A stretch of DNA of 64,000 nt from Pseudomonas sp. (GCF_035512415.1 NZ_DATKDZ010000022.1:12003-76002), one strand, 5' to 3'; positions 17,456 to 27,154 are shown, counted from the first letter of the stretch. The notes: generated by a model from the sequence alone, not told the origin. Translations and numbers: made by a program.

Positions 17456-19135
17456 TCAAGCCACCAAGGGCATACCAAGAGCTCGGACACTCTCGGCCGC
17501 CAGATCAAGGACGCTGGGTTTGGTTTCCGGGCGCATCACCGCGCCGGCTTCCAGGTAATACTCGAGGCTGCTGAGGGCATCGGCGAGGGTTTCCAGCATT
17601 TGCTCGGAAGGCATCTGCGGCGCTTCGAACATCTGCTTCTGGATGTAATCGGCGCACGCGCCCACCAGCAGTGCGGCACGCTCCTGTTCAAGAAACCACA
17701 GGCCACCACGCACCGCCTGCAGACTGAACGGTACATTGGACAGGTGCATACGCTCGCCGCCCGACTCCAGATAGGCAGTGATCGCACGCTTGGCCAGCGC
17801 CAGACCGGCCTGGGCCTCATCGACCACCACGATGCGCGCCTCATTGAGCTGATGCAGGGCAAAGGACTCTGCATCGCTGACCGGCTGCGCCTGGGCAGGC
17901 CGCGGCTCGCGCCGCTCGCCACTCTCCAGGCTGGCGACCATGCCTTCGACATAGAGCACCGCATCCGCCAGGCTGTTCAGCTGCGCGGAATCAGGGGCCT
18001 GCTCCTCGCTCCAGCTGGCGACAGTCTGCAATTGTGCAGCCAGGGCGTTGCCCGCTGAACTCAAGCCGACCATGCCCAGGGTCTTGCTCAGCTTGCCAAG
18101 CAAGGCATGCAAGTTGCTCAGGCTATCCGCCTGCACGGTGCCGCGCTCGATCAGGTCGAGCATATCCTTGACGCTGGTCAGCTCCTCGCGAATCGCCGCG
18201 CTCAGCGAGCGCATGACCGCCTGCCCCGGGCCTGCCAGGCGCTGGTATTCGGCCTCCAGCATATGATCGGTAAACGGCATCGGCGTCAGGGCGAAGACTT
18301 CACTCAGGGCCAGGGCCTGCGGGCCACGGCTGTCGGCCAGCGCCACCAGGTAGAGCAGCTCCTTGAGCAGGCTGCGCGGAGCCTCATACTGGCCGTTGCC
18401 GAGCATCTGCTTGAGCTCGCGGTCCAGCCGCGAGAACAGTTGCTTGCGCGATCTACGCGGCAGCAGCTGACCGTCCACCTGAGCTTCCAGCGCGGCCGCG
18501 CCAATCCAGCACAAGCGCCCTCGCGGCTCGTTGGCAAACAGGTTGTCCAGACGACTCAAGGCGCGGCCCATCAGCTTCAGGCTGGCCTGGGCGTTCTGCT
18601 CGCGGATAAAACCGAGCAGACCCACTTGATACATATGACGCAAGCGCCGCCCTTCCGCTGTCTTGGCGGCCGCATCAAGGGCCGCTGGTGCGCTGCGCGG
18701 GCGCTCGTGATCGAGTCGTACGCTGAAAAAGAAGCTTTCCGGCAAGCCCTGCTGGCCGCCGGCCTGACGCAGGTCGTTGATCGCCGGCAACAACAGCTCG
18801 GGCAGTTCCTGGCGATTGGCTTCAACGTTTTCCAGATAACGGCGCAGCACATGCAAGGCATTGCTCAGGGCCGACAGCTGGGCATCACGCTCTTCGCCAG
18901 CGCCTGCGGGGATATCGGTGGCCTGGTCGAGCACTTCCTGGGCCAGCAACTCGGCCCCGGCAAGCTCGATCAGGTTGAGCGTGCCGCGTACCTGTTGCAG
19001 GTTTTCCACCGCCTGCTGCAGCAGGCTGCCGTTGTGCCGATCGGCGATAAACTGTTCGAGACTCGACTCGGCCTCCTCCATGGTGGTGAACAGTTCATCG
19101 CGCACCAGATTGAGTGACGTGGCTCCAGATACCAT
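17456..19135 (-). CDS. fimL: FimL-like protein (ChpA N-terminus-like, Hpt-repeat scaffold)
   Basis: 559 aa. The N-terminus MVSGATSLNLVRDELF...LQQVRGTLNLIELAGAELLAQEV matches my recollection of P. aeruginosa FimL. The position between nudC and an enoyl-CoA hydratase matches that locus. The call rests on memory, not a search. Confidence 0.65.
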   Translation of the reverse strand: MVSGATSLNLVRDELFTTMEEAESSLEQFIADRHNGSLLQQAVENLQQVRGTLNLIELAGAELLAQEVLDQATDIPAGAGEERDAQLSALSNALHVLRRYLENVEANRQELPELLLPAINDLRQAGGQQGLPESFFFSVRLDHERPRSAPAALDAAAKTAEGRRLRHMYQVGLLGFIREQNAQASLKLMGRALSRLDNLFANEPRGRLCWIGAAALEAQVDGQLLPRRSRKQLFSRLDRELKQMLGNGQYEAPRSLLKELLYLVALADSRGPQALALSEVFALTPMPFTDHMLEAEYQRLAGPGQAVMRSLSAAIREELTSVKDMLDLIERGTVQADSLSNLHALLGKLSKTLGMVGLSSAGNALAAQLQTVASWSEEQAPDSAQLNSLADAVLYVEGMVASLESGERREPRPAQAQPVSDAESFALHQLNEARIVVVDEAQAGLALAKRAITAYLESGGERMHLSNVPFSLQAVRGGLWFLEQERAALLVGACADYIQKQMFEAPQMPSEQMLETLADALSSLEYYLEAGAVMRPETKPSVLDLAAESVRALGMPLVA

Positions 19136-19185
19136 GAGCTATTGCGCCTCCCGCGTCGGTGAGAAAAACAGGTGGAAGGACGGCA

Positions 19186-19998
19186 TCAGTCGGCGAACTC
19201 CGGCTTCTGCTTGCTCATATGGGCGGCCATGGCCACCCGCAGATCGACCGACTGCAGCATGGCGGCGTTCCAGGTGGCGATATATTCCAGGCCATCGTCG
19301 ACCCGATGGTCGCGCATATAGCGAATCATTTCCTTGGTACCGCGCACCGCCACCGGCGATTTGCTGGCGATTTCACGGGCAATGGCCATGACCCCGTCGA
19401 GCAGGGCGTCGGTGTCGGCATAGGTGCGGTTGACCAGGCCGATGCTGCGCGCCTCTTCGCCATCAATGGTGCGGCCGGTAAAGGCCAGCTCACGCATCAT
19501 GCCGTCACCGATAATCCGCGGTAGACGCTGCAAGGTGCCAACATCGGCGGCCATGCCGATATCGATCTCCTTGATCGAGAACTGTGCATCGACCGTCGAG
19601 TAACGCATGTCGCAGGCCGAGATCAGGTCGATCGCGCCGCCCAGGCAGTAACCCTGAATGGCTGCCAGTACCGGCTTGCGGCAATTGTCCACGGCATTAA
19701 AGGAGGCCTGCAGCTCAAGAATCTTGCGTCGCAGTTTTTCCGCATTGCGGCCCACATCAGGGCCCATCTGGCTGCCCAATTGCGCCAGCATCATCAGGTC
19801 GATACCCGAAGAGAAATGCTTGCCCGCCCCGGAAAGCACCACTACCCGCACTTCATCGGTGTTGTCCACCCAGCGGAAGATGTCGATGATTTCGCTCCAG
19901 AAATCGGCGCTCATGGCGTTGATCTTTTCCGGGCGATTGATCACCACATGGGCGACCTTATCTGCCAACACGACATTAAAGGCTTTGTAGTCGGACAT
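19186..19998 (-). CDS. enoyl-CoA hydratase/isomerase (crotonase) family
   Basis: Crotonase fold motifs (VVVLSGAGKHFSSGIDL...GYCLGGAIDL). The start is set at MSDYKAF (GAGGATGA upstream). Confidence 0.85.
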   Translation of the reverse strand: MSDYKAFNVVLADKVAHVVINRPEKINAMSADFWSEIIDIFRWVDNTDEVRVVVLSGAGKHFSSGIDLMMLAQLGSQMGPDVGRNAEKLRRKILELQASFNAVDNCRKPVLAAIQGYCLGGAIDLISACDMRYSTVDAQFSIKEIDIGMAADVGTLQRLPRIIGDGMMRELAFTGRTIDGEEARSIGLVNRTYADTDALLDGVMAIAREIASKSPVAVRGTKEMIRYMRDHRVDDGLEYIATWNAAMLQSVDLRVAMAAHMSKQKPEFAD

Positions 19999-20174
19999 GG
20001 CAGTCATCCTCAGCAGGGGCGCAAGCGCGCATGGCATTCTTCTTATGCTAAAAATCGAGCAACTATAACAACCACGACATAAATGTCGATGCTGTCCTCT
20101 GTGACGCAGGACACGTCATCAAAGTTAAGCTCAATTTTCAGTTATCCACGATAACCGCTTGATCTGCTGAGCTT

Positions 20175-20199
20175 CATAAAAGTCGGGCCTGGCCCGGCA
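20175..20199 (-). terminator. Intrinsic terminator after ldcA (GCCGGGCC.GGCCCGAC then UUUUAU)
   Basis: GC hairpin plus U-tail on the minus strand, 26 nt after the stop codon. Confidence 0.7.
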
Positions 20200-20224
20200 G
20201 ATAAGCTGCCGAGCCAGAGGGCGA

Positions 20225-22480
20225 TCAAACCCTGATGCAGTCGACCGTGTAGACCCCCTCCTCGCGCTGCAAACCGTGCACATCGGCATCGAAACCCGGA
20301 AAGCTCAGGTCGAAGGTGCGGGCAAACATCAGGTAGTCGATGATCGAACGGGTCTGCGCGGTAAAGCGCTCCCCCGGCATGATCAGCGGAATACCTGGCG
20401 GGTAAGGCACCAGCATTACCGCGGCGATGCGCCCTTCCAACTGCTCGATCGGCACCGCCTCGACTTCGCCGCGCACCAGCTGGTTGTAGGCATCGGCCGG
20501 CTTGATCGCCACCTCCGGCAGCACCGTGTACATACGTTTGAGCGCCTTGGCTGTGGCGTTTTCGCGGTAGCAGGCATGCAAGGCATCGCACAGATCACGC
20601 AGGCCCATGCCCTGATAAAAGGCTTTGCCGGCCTGGGCAATCGAAGGCAGCACATCGCTCAACGGCAGGTTGGCGTCATAGCTGCGTTTGAACTCCAGCA
20701 GCTCGGTCAGCAGGGTGCTCCACTTACCCTTGGTGATGCCCATGGAGAACAGCACCAGGAAGGAATACAGACCGGTCTTCTCCACCACCAGGCCGCGCTC
20801 CCAGAGGAACTTGCTGACCACGGCCGCGGGGATGCCCTGAGCGTCCAGGGTGCCGCCCGCGGTCAAGCCGGGAGTGACCAGGGTGACCTTGATCGGGTCG
20901 AGCAGCACATAGTCTGCGGCCACCTCGCCGAAACCATGCCAGTCGGCCTGCGGCTGCAGCAGCCAGTCGACGGTGCTGACATTGTCGCCACCGGCCTGAG
21001 GCGGCTGCCAGATGCTGAACCACCAGTCGTCGATACTCAGGTTCTGCCGCAGGTTGGCCAGGGCACGGCGAAAGCTCAGGGCCTCGTCGAAGGTTTCCTG
21101 AATCAGCGAACGGCCCGCTGGGCCCTCCATCATGGCCGAGGCCACGTCCAGAGAAGCGATGATGCCGTACTGCGGCGAGGTGGAGATGTGCATCATAAAG
21201 GCTTCGTTGAAGCGATCCCGATCCAGTTGGCGCACGCCGCCATCCTGCACATGGATCATCGAGGCCTGGCTGAAGGCCGCCAGCAGCTTGTGGGTGGAGT
21301 GGGTGGTAAACACCAGCGGCGCATTCTCGGTACGCGCGGTGCCCATGCCGTAACGCCCGGCGTAAAACTCGTGAAAGGCCGCATAGGCATACCAGGCTTC
21401 GTCGAAATGCAGCACCTCGACGCTATTGCCCAGGGTTTGCTTGATCAGCTCGGCGTTGTAGCACAGGCCGTCGTAGGTGGAGTTGGTCACCACCACCAGC
21501 TTGACCATGGCCCCGCTGCTGCTCGGCACGCGGCCACGGGCAAGGGGGCTGGCATCGATCTTGGCCTGAATCGATTCGCGACTGAATTCGGACAGCGGAA
21601 TCGGCCCGATAATGCCCAGCTCGTTGCGCTCAGGGCACAGGTACAGCGGGATCGCGCCGGTCATGATGATCGAATGCAGAATCGACTTGTGGCAGTTGCG
21701 GTCCACCAGCACCAAGTCATCACGGCCGACCATGCTGTGCCAGACGATCTTGTTCGCCGTCGAGGTGCCGTTGATCACGAAATAGGTATGGTCCGCACCG
21801 AAGTTGCGCGCCGCACGGGCTTCGGCCTCGGCCAGGGGACCGGTGTGATCGAGCAGCGACCCCAGCTCCGGCACCGATACCGAGAGGTCGGAACGCAGGG
21901 TGTTTTCGCCGAAAAACTGGTGAAACGCCTGGCCCACCGGGCTCTTGCGATAGGCCACGCCGCCGCCATGGCCGGGGGTGTGCCAGGAATAGTTGGACTG
22001 CGCGGTGTGCTGCACCAGGGCCTTGAAAAACGGCGGCAGCAAGCCATCCAGGTAATTACGTGCGGCGCGGGCGACCTGGCGGGCGAGAAAGGGCACGGTG
22101 TCTTCGAACAGGTAAAGAATGCCGCGCAGCTGATTGAGGTCGGCCATGGCTTCGGCCGGCGCGTTCTCGATGGTCACCTGTTCGCCCAGGGCGAAAATCG
22201 GCAGCTGCGGCGCGCGTACCCGGGAGATCCGGATCAGCTCGACCATGTCCTGCAACAGGCGCTTGTCTTCGCCCGCCCCCTCGGCGGCGACCAGGATGCA
22301 GGCCAGACCGTGGTGGGTGGAGGCGACGATGCGCCCCTCGGCGGAGCTGGCGGTGGAGAGAATGCTGAAGCCGTCCTGCTCCAGTTCCTGGGCGATGGCG
22401 CGTACCCGGTCACCGGCCACGGTATCGGCCTTGATGTCACGGTGCACGATCAGGACGGGGAATTTGAGGTCTTTATACAT
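20225..22480 (-). CDS. ldcA: Orn/Lys/Arg decarboxylase family, lysine decarboxylase-like
   Basis: N-terminal wing domain, then a PLP domain with the HSTHKLL lysine motif. The start is set at MYKDLKFPVLIV (22480), giving 751 aa. The ORF-track start at 22711 reads through the intergenic region and into the 3' end of dnaQ. Confidence 0.9.
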   Translation of the reverse strand: MYKDLKFPVLIVHRDIKADTVAGDRVRAIAQELEQDGFSILSTASSAEGRIVASTHHGLACILVAAEGAGEDKRLLQDMVELIRISRVRAPQLPIFALGEQVTIENAPAEAMADLNQLRGILYLFEDTVPFLARQVARAARNYLDGLLPPFFKALVQHTAQSNYSWHTPGHGGGVAYRKSPVGQAFHQFFGENTLRSDLSVSVPELGSLLDHTGPLAEAEARAARNFGADHTYFVINGTSTANKIVWHSMVGRDDLVLVDRNCHKSILHSIIMTGAIPLYLCPERNELGIIGPIPLSEFSRESIQAKIDASPLARGRVPSSSGAMVKLVVVTNSTYDGLCYNAELIKQTLGNSVEVLHFDEAWYAYAAFHEFYAGRYGMGTARTENAPLVFTTHSTHKLLAAFSQASMIHVQDGGVRQLDRDRFNEAFMMHISTSPQYGIIASLDVASAMMEGPAGRSLIQETFDEALSFRRALANLRQNLSIDDWWFSIWQPPQAGGDNVSTVDWLLQPQADWHGFGEVAADYVLLDPIKVTLVTPGLTAGGTLDAQGIPAAVVSKFLWERGLVVEKTGLYSFLVLFSMGITKGKWSTLLTELLEFKRSYDANLPLSDVLPSIAQAGKAFYQGMGLRDLCDALHACYRENATAKALKRMYTVLPEVAIKPADAYNQLVRGEVEAVPIEQLEGRIAAVMLVPYPPGIPLIMPGERFTAQTRSIIDYLMFARTFDLSFPGFDADVHGLQREEGVYTVDCIRV

Positions 22481-22488
22481 TGTGGCGT

Positions 22489-22529
22489 CCCTGAGACTGG
22501 CAAGTACTGGCTTGCCTATCGCCTCAGGG
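22489..22529 (-). promoter_or_regulatory. ldcA 5' leader hairpin sequestering the SD-like AGGGA
   Basis: Outer stem CCCUGAG/CUCAGGG (7 bp) encloses an inner stem GGCAAG/CUUGCC (6 bp). The 3' arm ends 8 nt before the AUG. Confidence 0.4.
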
Positions 22530-22576
22530 TAGAGGCTCGCCTCGCCAGGCGGAACCCCCTCTGCGTGCCGCTGTAC

Positions 22577-22605
22577 GAAAAGGTCGCGAGTCGATAACTC
22601 GCGGC
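22577..22605 (-). terminator. Intrinsic terminator after dnaQ (CGCGAGU-UAUCG-ACUCGCG then ACCUUUUCGU)
   Basis: 7-bp stem plus U-rich tail, immediately 3' of the dnaQ stop. Confidence 0.65.
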
Positions 22606-22610
22606 CCTTC

Positions 22611-23354
22611 TCAACCTTCGCTGCCAGCCTGTTCCAGCTGCTGCCACAGCGCGGGAGCGCCGGCAGATTTCTCGATGGCGGCCAGGCGCGCCTGGTGCAG
22701 AGCCAGCTCATCCGCGCTGGCGCGGATCACCCGGGTAAGCGCACGCTCGGCCGGCAGGCGACGAATCGCACTGGGCTGCTGGCGACCGTTGCTGTCGCCC
22801 TCGGAACCGTCGCCGGCCAGGGACAGATTGGTCTGCCCGCCGGTCATGGTCAGGTAAACGTCGGCGAGAATCTCGGCGTCAAGCAAAGCGCCGTGCAGGT
22901 CACGACCGGAGTTGTCGACGCCATAGCGCTTGCACAGGGCATCGAGGTTGTTGCGCTGCCCTGGGTGGCGCTCACGGGCCATCATCAGGGTGTCGAGAAT
23001 CGAGCAGTGCTCGCTGATATCGGCGCGCTCGTCCTGCTTGATCAGGGCGAACTCGTTATTGATAAAACCAACGTCGAACGCGGCGTTATGAATGATCAGC
23101 TGCGCGCCCTTGATAAATTCGAAGAACTCATCGGCGATTTCCCTGAAGCGCGGCTTGTCCTGAACGAATTCGTTGGTGATGCCGTGGACCGCGATAGCGC
23201 CTTCGTCGATCTCGCGATCCGGCTGCAGGTAGACATGGTAGTGCCGCCCGGTCAGACGCCGGCCGATCAGTTCGACGCAGCCGATTTCAATGATCCGGTG
23301 GCCATCGCCCACCGGCATACCGGTGGTTTCGGTATCGAGAACTACACTACGCAC
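22611..23354 (-). CDS. dnaQ: DNA polymerase III epsilon subunit (3'-5' proofreading exonuclease)
   Basis: Exo motifs [20 protein letters not shown] and [15 protein letters not shown] favour the GTG start at 23354 (GAGGAG 8 nt upstream); the ORF-track GTG at 23363 is an alternative. Confidence 0.9.
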   Translation of the reverse strand: MRSVVLDTETTGMPVGDGHRIIEIGCVELIGRRLTGRHYHVYLQPDREIDEGAIAVHGITNEFVQDKPRFREIADEFFEFIKGAQLIIHNAAFDVGFINNEFALIKQDERADISEHCSILDTLMMARERHPGQRNNLDALCKRYGVDNSGRDLHGALLDAEILADVYLTMTGGQTNLSLAGDGSEGDSNGRQQPSAIRRLPAERALTRVIRASADELALHQARLAAIEKSAGAPALWQQLEQAGSEG

Positions 23355-23799
23355 GCTTCGCACTCCTCACATCATCTACACCGCGGTTGGCCAGTTGGTC
23401 GGCCCGCTCGTTGCCCGGGTGGCCGGTATGACCGCGCACCCATTGCCAAGTCACCTTGTGCCGCCCTACCTGCTCGTCCAGCAGCTGCCACAGGTCAGCA
23501 TTCTTCACCGGCTGTTTGGCCGCAGTTTTCCAGCCGCGCTTCTTCCAGTTGGGCATCCAGTCCTGAATGCCCTGCATCACATACTGGGAGTCGGTAACCA
23601 GGCGCACATCGCACTCACGCTTCAATTCGGCCAGGGCACGAATGGCCGCAGTCAGCTCCATGCGGTTATTGGTGGTATCGGCTTCGCCGCCCCACAGCTC
23701 CTTCTCGACACCCTTGAAGATCAGCAGTGCCCCCCAGCCACCCACGCCAGGATTGCCCTTGCAGGCACCGTCGGTATAGATCTCGACCTGTTCATTCAT
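23347..23799 (-). CDS. rnhA: ribonuclease HI
   Basis: [19 protein letters not shown]...TNNRMEL...TDSQYV...[14 protein letters not shown]. The start is at MNEQVEIY. It overlaps the dnaQ start by 8 nt. Confidence 0.92.
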   Translation of the reverse strand: MNEQVEIYTDGACKGNPGVGGWGALLIFKGVEKELWGGEADTTNNRMELTAAIRALAELKRECDVRLVTDSQYVMQGIQDWMPNWKKRGWKTAAKQPVKNADLWQLLDEQVGRHKVTWQWVRGHTGHPGNERADQLANRGVDDVRSAKRA

Positions 23800-23836
23800 G
23801 TAGCTGCAATCTCTCACTCAATATATTCGGTCGGTT

Positions 23837-24598
23837 CTATTTCTGCGGCGGCTCGCGGCGACTGACCTTGGCAACCGGCATCGGCACTAGCTTGCCCATG
23901 GGCTGGCGGCTCGGCTGGCGCAGCGGGCGCAAACCCACCACTAACTTGCGCGCCACCAGCACATAAAAGCCGCCACCGGGCGGCTGCCAGGCTGCGCCCC
24001 AGGTTTCCAGCGGAGCCAGGCGCGCCTGCCAGGCGCTCGAAGAAAGCGGCGGACGATAGCACCCGAAGCGGCGTTTCTCCAGCGCGAAGCCCAGCAGATG
24101 CAGCCAGTCGCTGACCCGGTTGGGCGCAATGCAGCGCGCCTGATGCAAGGCATCCCGGGTAAAGAAATGGCGCAGGCCCCAGGCGCTGCGCGGGTTGACG
24201 CCGACGATCAGCAAATGCCCGCCGGGCCTGACGCTACGCGCAGCCTCGCGCAGCAGACCATGGGGCGACACGCTGAAGTCCAGGCCGTGCTGCAGCACCA
24301 CAACATCGGCGGCATGTTCGGTAAGGGGCCAGGATTGCTCCTCGCAGACGATCTCCACGCCAGTGAAGGGCGCGCCCAGGCGCACACTGCGCTGGATCTG
24401 TGCGGCATCGGGAATAGGCTGGGCCGAAGGGCCGTAGTGCACCAGGTAGCCGCCAAAGAAACGCGCCAGCTCGTCTTCCAGCAGGTGACGCTCCTGCTCC
24501 AGCAGCAATTGCCCGTAGGGGCCGTTGAACCAGCTGCGCGCCTTGCCGATCAGGCTGAGCCAATCGCTGTCGGCCAGAGCAAAAGGATGGTCGGACAT
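23837..24598 (-). CDS. class I SAM-dependent methyltransferase (YafS-like)
   Basis: Methyltransferase-fold segments (VVVLQHGLDF, VRPGGHLLIVGVNP). The position between rnhA and divergent gloB matches E. coli yafS. Confidence 0.7.
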   Translation of the reverse strand: MSDHPFALADSDWLSLIGKARSWFNGPYGQLLLEQERHLLEDELARFFGGYLVHYGPSAQPIPDAAQIQRSVRLGAPFTGVEIVCEEQSWPLTEHAADVVVLQHGLDFSVSPHGLLREAARSVRPGGHLLIVGVNPRSAWGLRHFFTRDALHQARCIAPNRVSDWLHLLGFALEKRRFGCYRPPLSSSAWQARLAPLETWGAAWQPPGGGFYVLVARKLVVGLRPLRQPSRQPMGKLVPMPVAKVSRREPPQK

Positions 24599-24673
24599 AA
24601 AAATTACCTGCATAGCCAGCACCGCCAATGAGACCTAAGATGCACCTTTATGGCCTGCTTAGCGACCCGCATC

Positions 24674-25447
24674 ATGATAAAAATCGACGCCCTGCCCGCT
24701 TTCTCCGACAACTACATCTGGTTGCTGCAGGACCCCGAGCAACGCCGTTGCGCGGTCGTCGACCCTGGCGATGCCGCCCCCGTCGAAGCCTGGCTCGCGG
24801 CCCATCCCGACTGGCAGTTGAGCGATATCCTGATCACCCATCACCACTTCGACCATGTCGGCGGTATCGAACGGTTGAAGGCCCTGAGTGGGGCCCGGGT
24901 ACTGGGGCCGGCCAAAGAACAGATTCCCGGCCGCGACCAGGCACTCGGCGAAGGTGACCAGGTCGAGGTGTTGGGCCAGGTTTTCAGCGTTATCGAGGTG
25001 CCCGGCCATACTCTGGGGCATATTGCCTACCACCAGGCGCAACAGCACTGGCTGTTCTGTGGCGACACCCTGTTTGCCGCAGGCTGCGGCCGCCTGTTCG
25101 AAGGCAGCCCCGAGCAGATGCACGCCTCCCTCAGCCGTCTGGCCGCCCTGGCAGGGCAGACCCAGGTGTTCTGCACTCATGAGTACACCCTGAGCAACCT
25201 GCGTTTTGCCGTCGCGGTGGAGCCGCATAATCAGCAGATCCAGCAGCGCCTCGAACAGGTCACGGCCTGGCGCGAAGCCGGGCGAATCAGCCTGCCCTCG
25301 CCCCTGGCTCTGGAGCGCGCCACCAACCCCTTTCTGCGCAGCGCCGAAGTCGGCGTGCAGCGCAAGATCGACGAACGCGATGGCCCCATGGCGCGCACTA
25401 ACGAGCAGGTTTTTGCCGCCCTGCGCGCCTGGAAAGATAAGTTCTAA
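24674..25447 (+). CDS. gloB: hydroxyacylglutathione hydrolase (glyoxalase II)
   Basis: The start [18 protein letters not shown] resembles the GloB N-terminus; metallo-beta-lactamase motif [10 protein letters not shown]. Confidence 0.92.
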   Translation: MIKIDALPAFSDNYIWLLQDPEQRRCAVVDPGDAAPVEAWLAAHPDWQLSDILITHHHFDHVGGIERLKALSGARVLGPAKEQIPGRDQALGEGDQVEVLGQVFSVIEVPGHTLGHIAYHQAQQHWLFCGDTLFAAGCGRLFEGSPEQMHASLSRLAALAGQTQVFCTHEYTLSNLRFAVAVEPHNQQIQQRLEQVTAWREAGRISLPSPLALERATNPFLRSAEVGVQRKIDERDGPMARTNEQVFAALRAWKDKF

Positions 25448-25481
25448 AAGCACGATAAGCCCACAAAAGACTGGTTAAAAC

Positions 25482-25510
25482 TTGACCAGCGCCGGCCTCG
25501 TTCCTAGAAT
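25482..25510 (+). promoter_or_regulatory. sigma70-type promoter TTGACC-17 nt-TAGAAT upstream of mltD
   Basis: Both hexamers and the spacing were read directly. The -10 ends 36 nt upstream of the mltD ATG. Confidence 0.5.
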
Positions 25511-25546
25511 CCCCCGATCTTTCAGCCCGGACGTCCCCATCAGCCA

Positions 25547-27112
25547 ATGCCCCAATCACCACGCAAGACCTTGAATTTAAAGGCATTGACCCAAGGCTCC
25601 CGGGCGCTTGCGGTGGTGTTTTGCATAACCCTCGCCGGCTGTCAGAGCGTGGGCGAGAAGCCCGCCGACGACCGCAGCCGCGACACCGATCGCGCCGTCG
25701 GCCTGGAGCAGGAACCCGAGTGGCTGACCGACAGCATCCAGCCGCCAGTACCGGAAGAACCCAAGGACATCTGGGAGCGGGTACGCGCCGGCTATCAGCT
25801 GCAAGACAGCATCACCCTCAATCCGCGCATCGAGCAGCAGCGCCTGTGGTTCGTCAGCAACCCTTCCTTTGTGGAAAAGGTCGGCGAGCGCAGCAGCCCC
25901 TATATCCACTTTATCGTCGAGCGCCTGGAACAGCGCAATATGCCGATGGAGCTGGCCCTGCTGCCGATGATCGAAAGCGCCTACAACCCCCTGGCCTATT
26001 CCCACGCCCAAGCGGTCGGCCTGTGGCAATTCATTCCCTCCACCGGGCGCAACTTCAACCTGCGTCAGACCAACTGGTACGACGGCCGGCGCGATGTAAT
26101 GGCCTCGACCGATGCCGCCATCAGTTACCTGACCCGCCTCAAGGAAATGTTCAACGGCGACTGGTTGCTCGCCCTCGCCGCCTACAACGCTGGCGAAGGT
26201 CGGGTTAGCCGGGCGATCGAGCGTAATCAGAAACTCGGCCTGCCGACCGATTACTGGAACCTCAACCTGCCCAAAGAAACCCAGAACTACGTGCCCAAGC
26301 TGCTGGCCCTGTCGCAAGTGGTGATGACCCCGCAGGCTTATGGCGTCAGCCTCAATCCGATTGCCAATGAACCCTACTTCGAGAAGGTCGAGTTCAAACA
26401 GCGCATGGATCTGTCGCGGGTGGCCGCCATGGCCGGCCTCGATGAGGATGAGCTCTATCTGCTCAACCCTGCCTTCAAGAAAGGGGTGACCCTCGACGGC
26501 CCGCAACACCTGCTGGTACCAACCGACAAGGCCGAACTGCTGACCGCCAACCTGCTCTTGATGAAGCCCCAGGAACTGGTTGACTGGCAGCAATACCGGG
26601 TGCGCTCGGGCGACAGCCTGCACAGCATCGCCAACCGCCATCAACTGACGGTCAATACCCTCAAGGACATCAACAAGCTCACCAGCAACTCGCTGCGGAT
26701 CGGCCAGGTGCTGAGCATCCCCGCCCAGCCCGGCGCGCAGCTCGCCGACCTGGGCCTGCAGCACAGCCCCAGCAGCGCGCAGAAGCCCCGTACCTATAGG
26801 GTGAAGAGCGGCGACAGCCTCTGGCAGATCGCCAAGAACCACCAGCTTGCGGTCAAGGACGTGCAGCGCTGGAACAAGCTCTCGGGCAACACCCTGCGCG
26901 TGGGCCAGACCCTCAGCCTGCATGGCGCAAGCGGCGCAACGGCCGGCTCACCCCGTAGCAACGTGACCTACTACCGAGTACGCCAGGGCGACTCCCTGTA
27001 CCTGATCGCCAAGCGCTTCAAGGTGCCGATGAAGAACCTGCAAACCTGGAACCCGCGGGCCGGCAAAGCCCTCAAGCCAGGGCAGACCCTGACCCTCTAC
27101 GTACCGCGCTAA
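25547..27112 (+). CDS. mltD: membrane-bound lytic murein transglycosylase D
   Basis: Lipoprotein signal (ITLAGC), SLT catalytic region (MIESAYNPLAYSHAQAVGLWQF) and three C-terminal LysM repeats (YRVRSGDSLHSIA, YRVKSGDSLWQIA, YRVRQGDSLYLIA). Confidence 0.9.
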   Translation: MPQSPRKTLNLKALTQGSRALAVVFCITLAGCQSVGEKPADDRSRDTDRAVGLEQEPEWLTDSIQPPVPEEPKDIWERVRAGYQLQDSITLNPRIEQQRLWFVSNPSFVEKVGERSSPYIHFIVERLEQRNMPMELALLPMIESAYNPLAYSHAQAVGLWQFIPSTGRNFNLRQTNWYDGRRDVMASTDAAISYLTRLKEMFNGDWLLALAAYNAGEGRVSRAIERNQKLGLPTDYWNLNLPKETQNYVPKLLALSQVVMTPQAYGVSLNPIANEPYFEKVEFKQRMDLSRVAAMAGLDEDELYLLNPAFKKGVTLDGPQHLLVPTDKAELLTANLLLMKPQELVDWQQYRVRSGDSLHSIANRHQLTVNTLKDINKLTSNSLRIGQVLSIPAQPGAQLADLGLQHSPSSAQKPRTYRVKSGDSLWQIAKNHQLAVKDVQRWNKLSGNTLRVGQTLSLHGASGATAGSPRSNVTYYRVRQGDSLYLIAKRFKVPMKNLQTWNPRAGKALKPGQTLTLYVPR

Positions 27113-27117
27113 CAGCG

Positions 27118-27146
27118 TTCGTGACAGCCTTACCGGCTGTCACGAA
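27118..27146. terminator. 12-bp perfect hairpin TTCGTGACAGCC-TTACC-GGCTGTCACGAA between convergent genes
   Basis: The stem was read directly. Neither strand has a clear U-tract, so the terminator function is uncertain. Confidence 0.45.
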
Positions 27147-27154
27147 GCAGCCTG

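Noticed and set aside
20276-22597. 773-aa ORF on the + strand, the longest unexplained ORF in the window
   Set aside because: It lies exactly antisense to ldcA. Its composition (very rich in G, A, R, H, Q and L, with no recognisable motifs) is typical of shadow ORFs in GC-rich genomes, whereas the minus-strand frame has clear decarboxylase motifs (HSTHKLL).
22481-22711. Long N-terminal extensions offered by the ORF track. Examples are ldcA to 22711, lon to 42123, clpX to 43461, ftsK to 58701, infA from 61164 and tusD from 47208.
   Set aside because: The extensions run through intergenic DNA, terminators or neighbouring genes and lack SD sequences. Internal starts reproduce the canonical N-termini ([50 protein letters not shown]) and are preceded by SD-like sequences.
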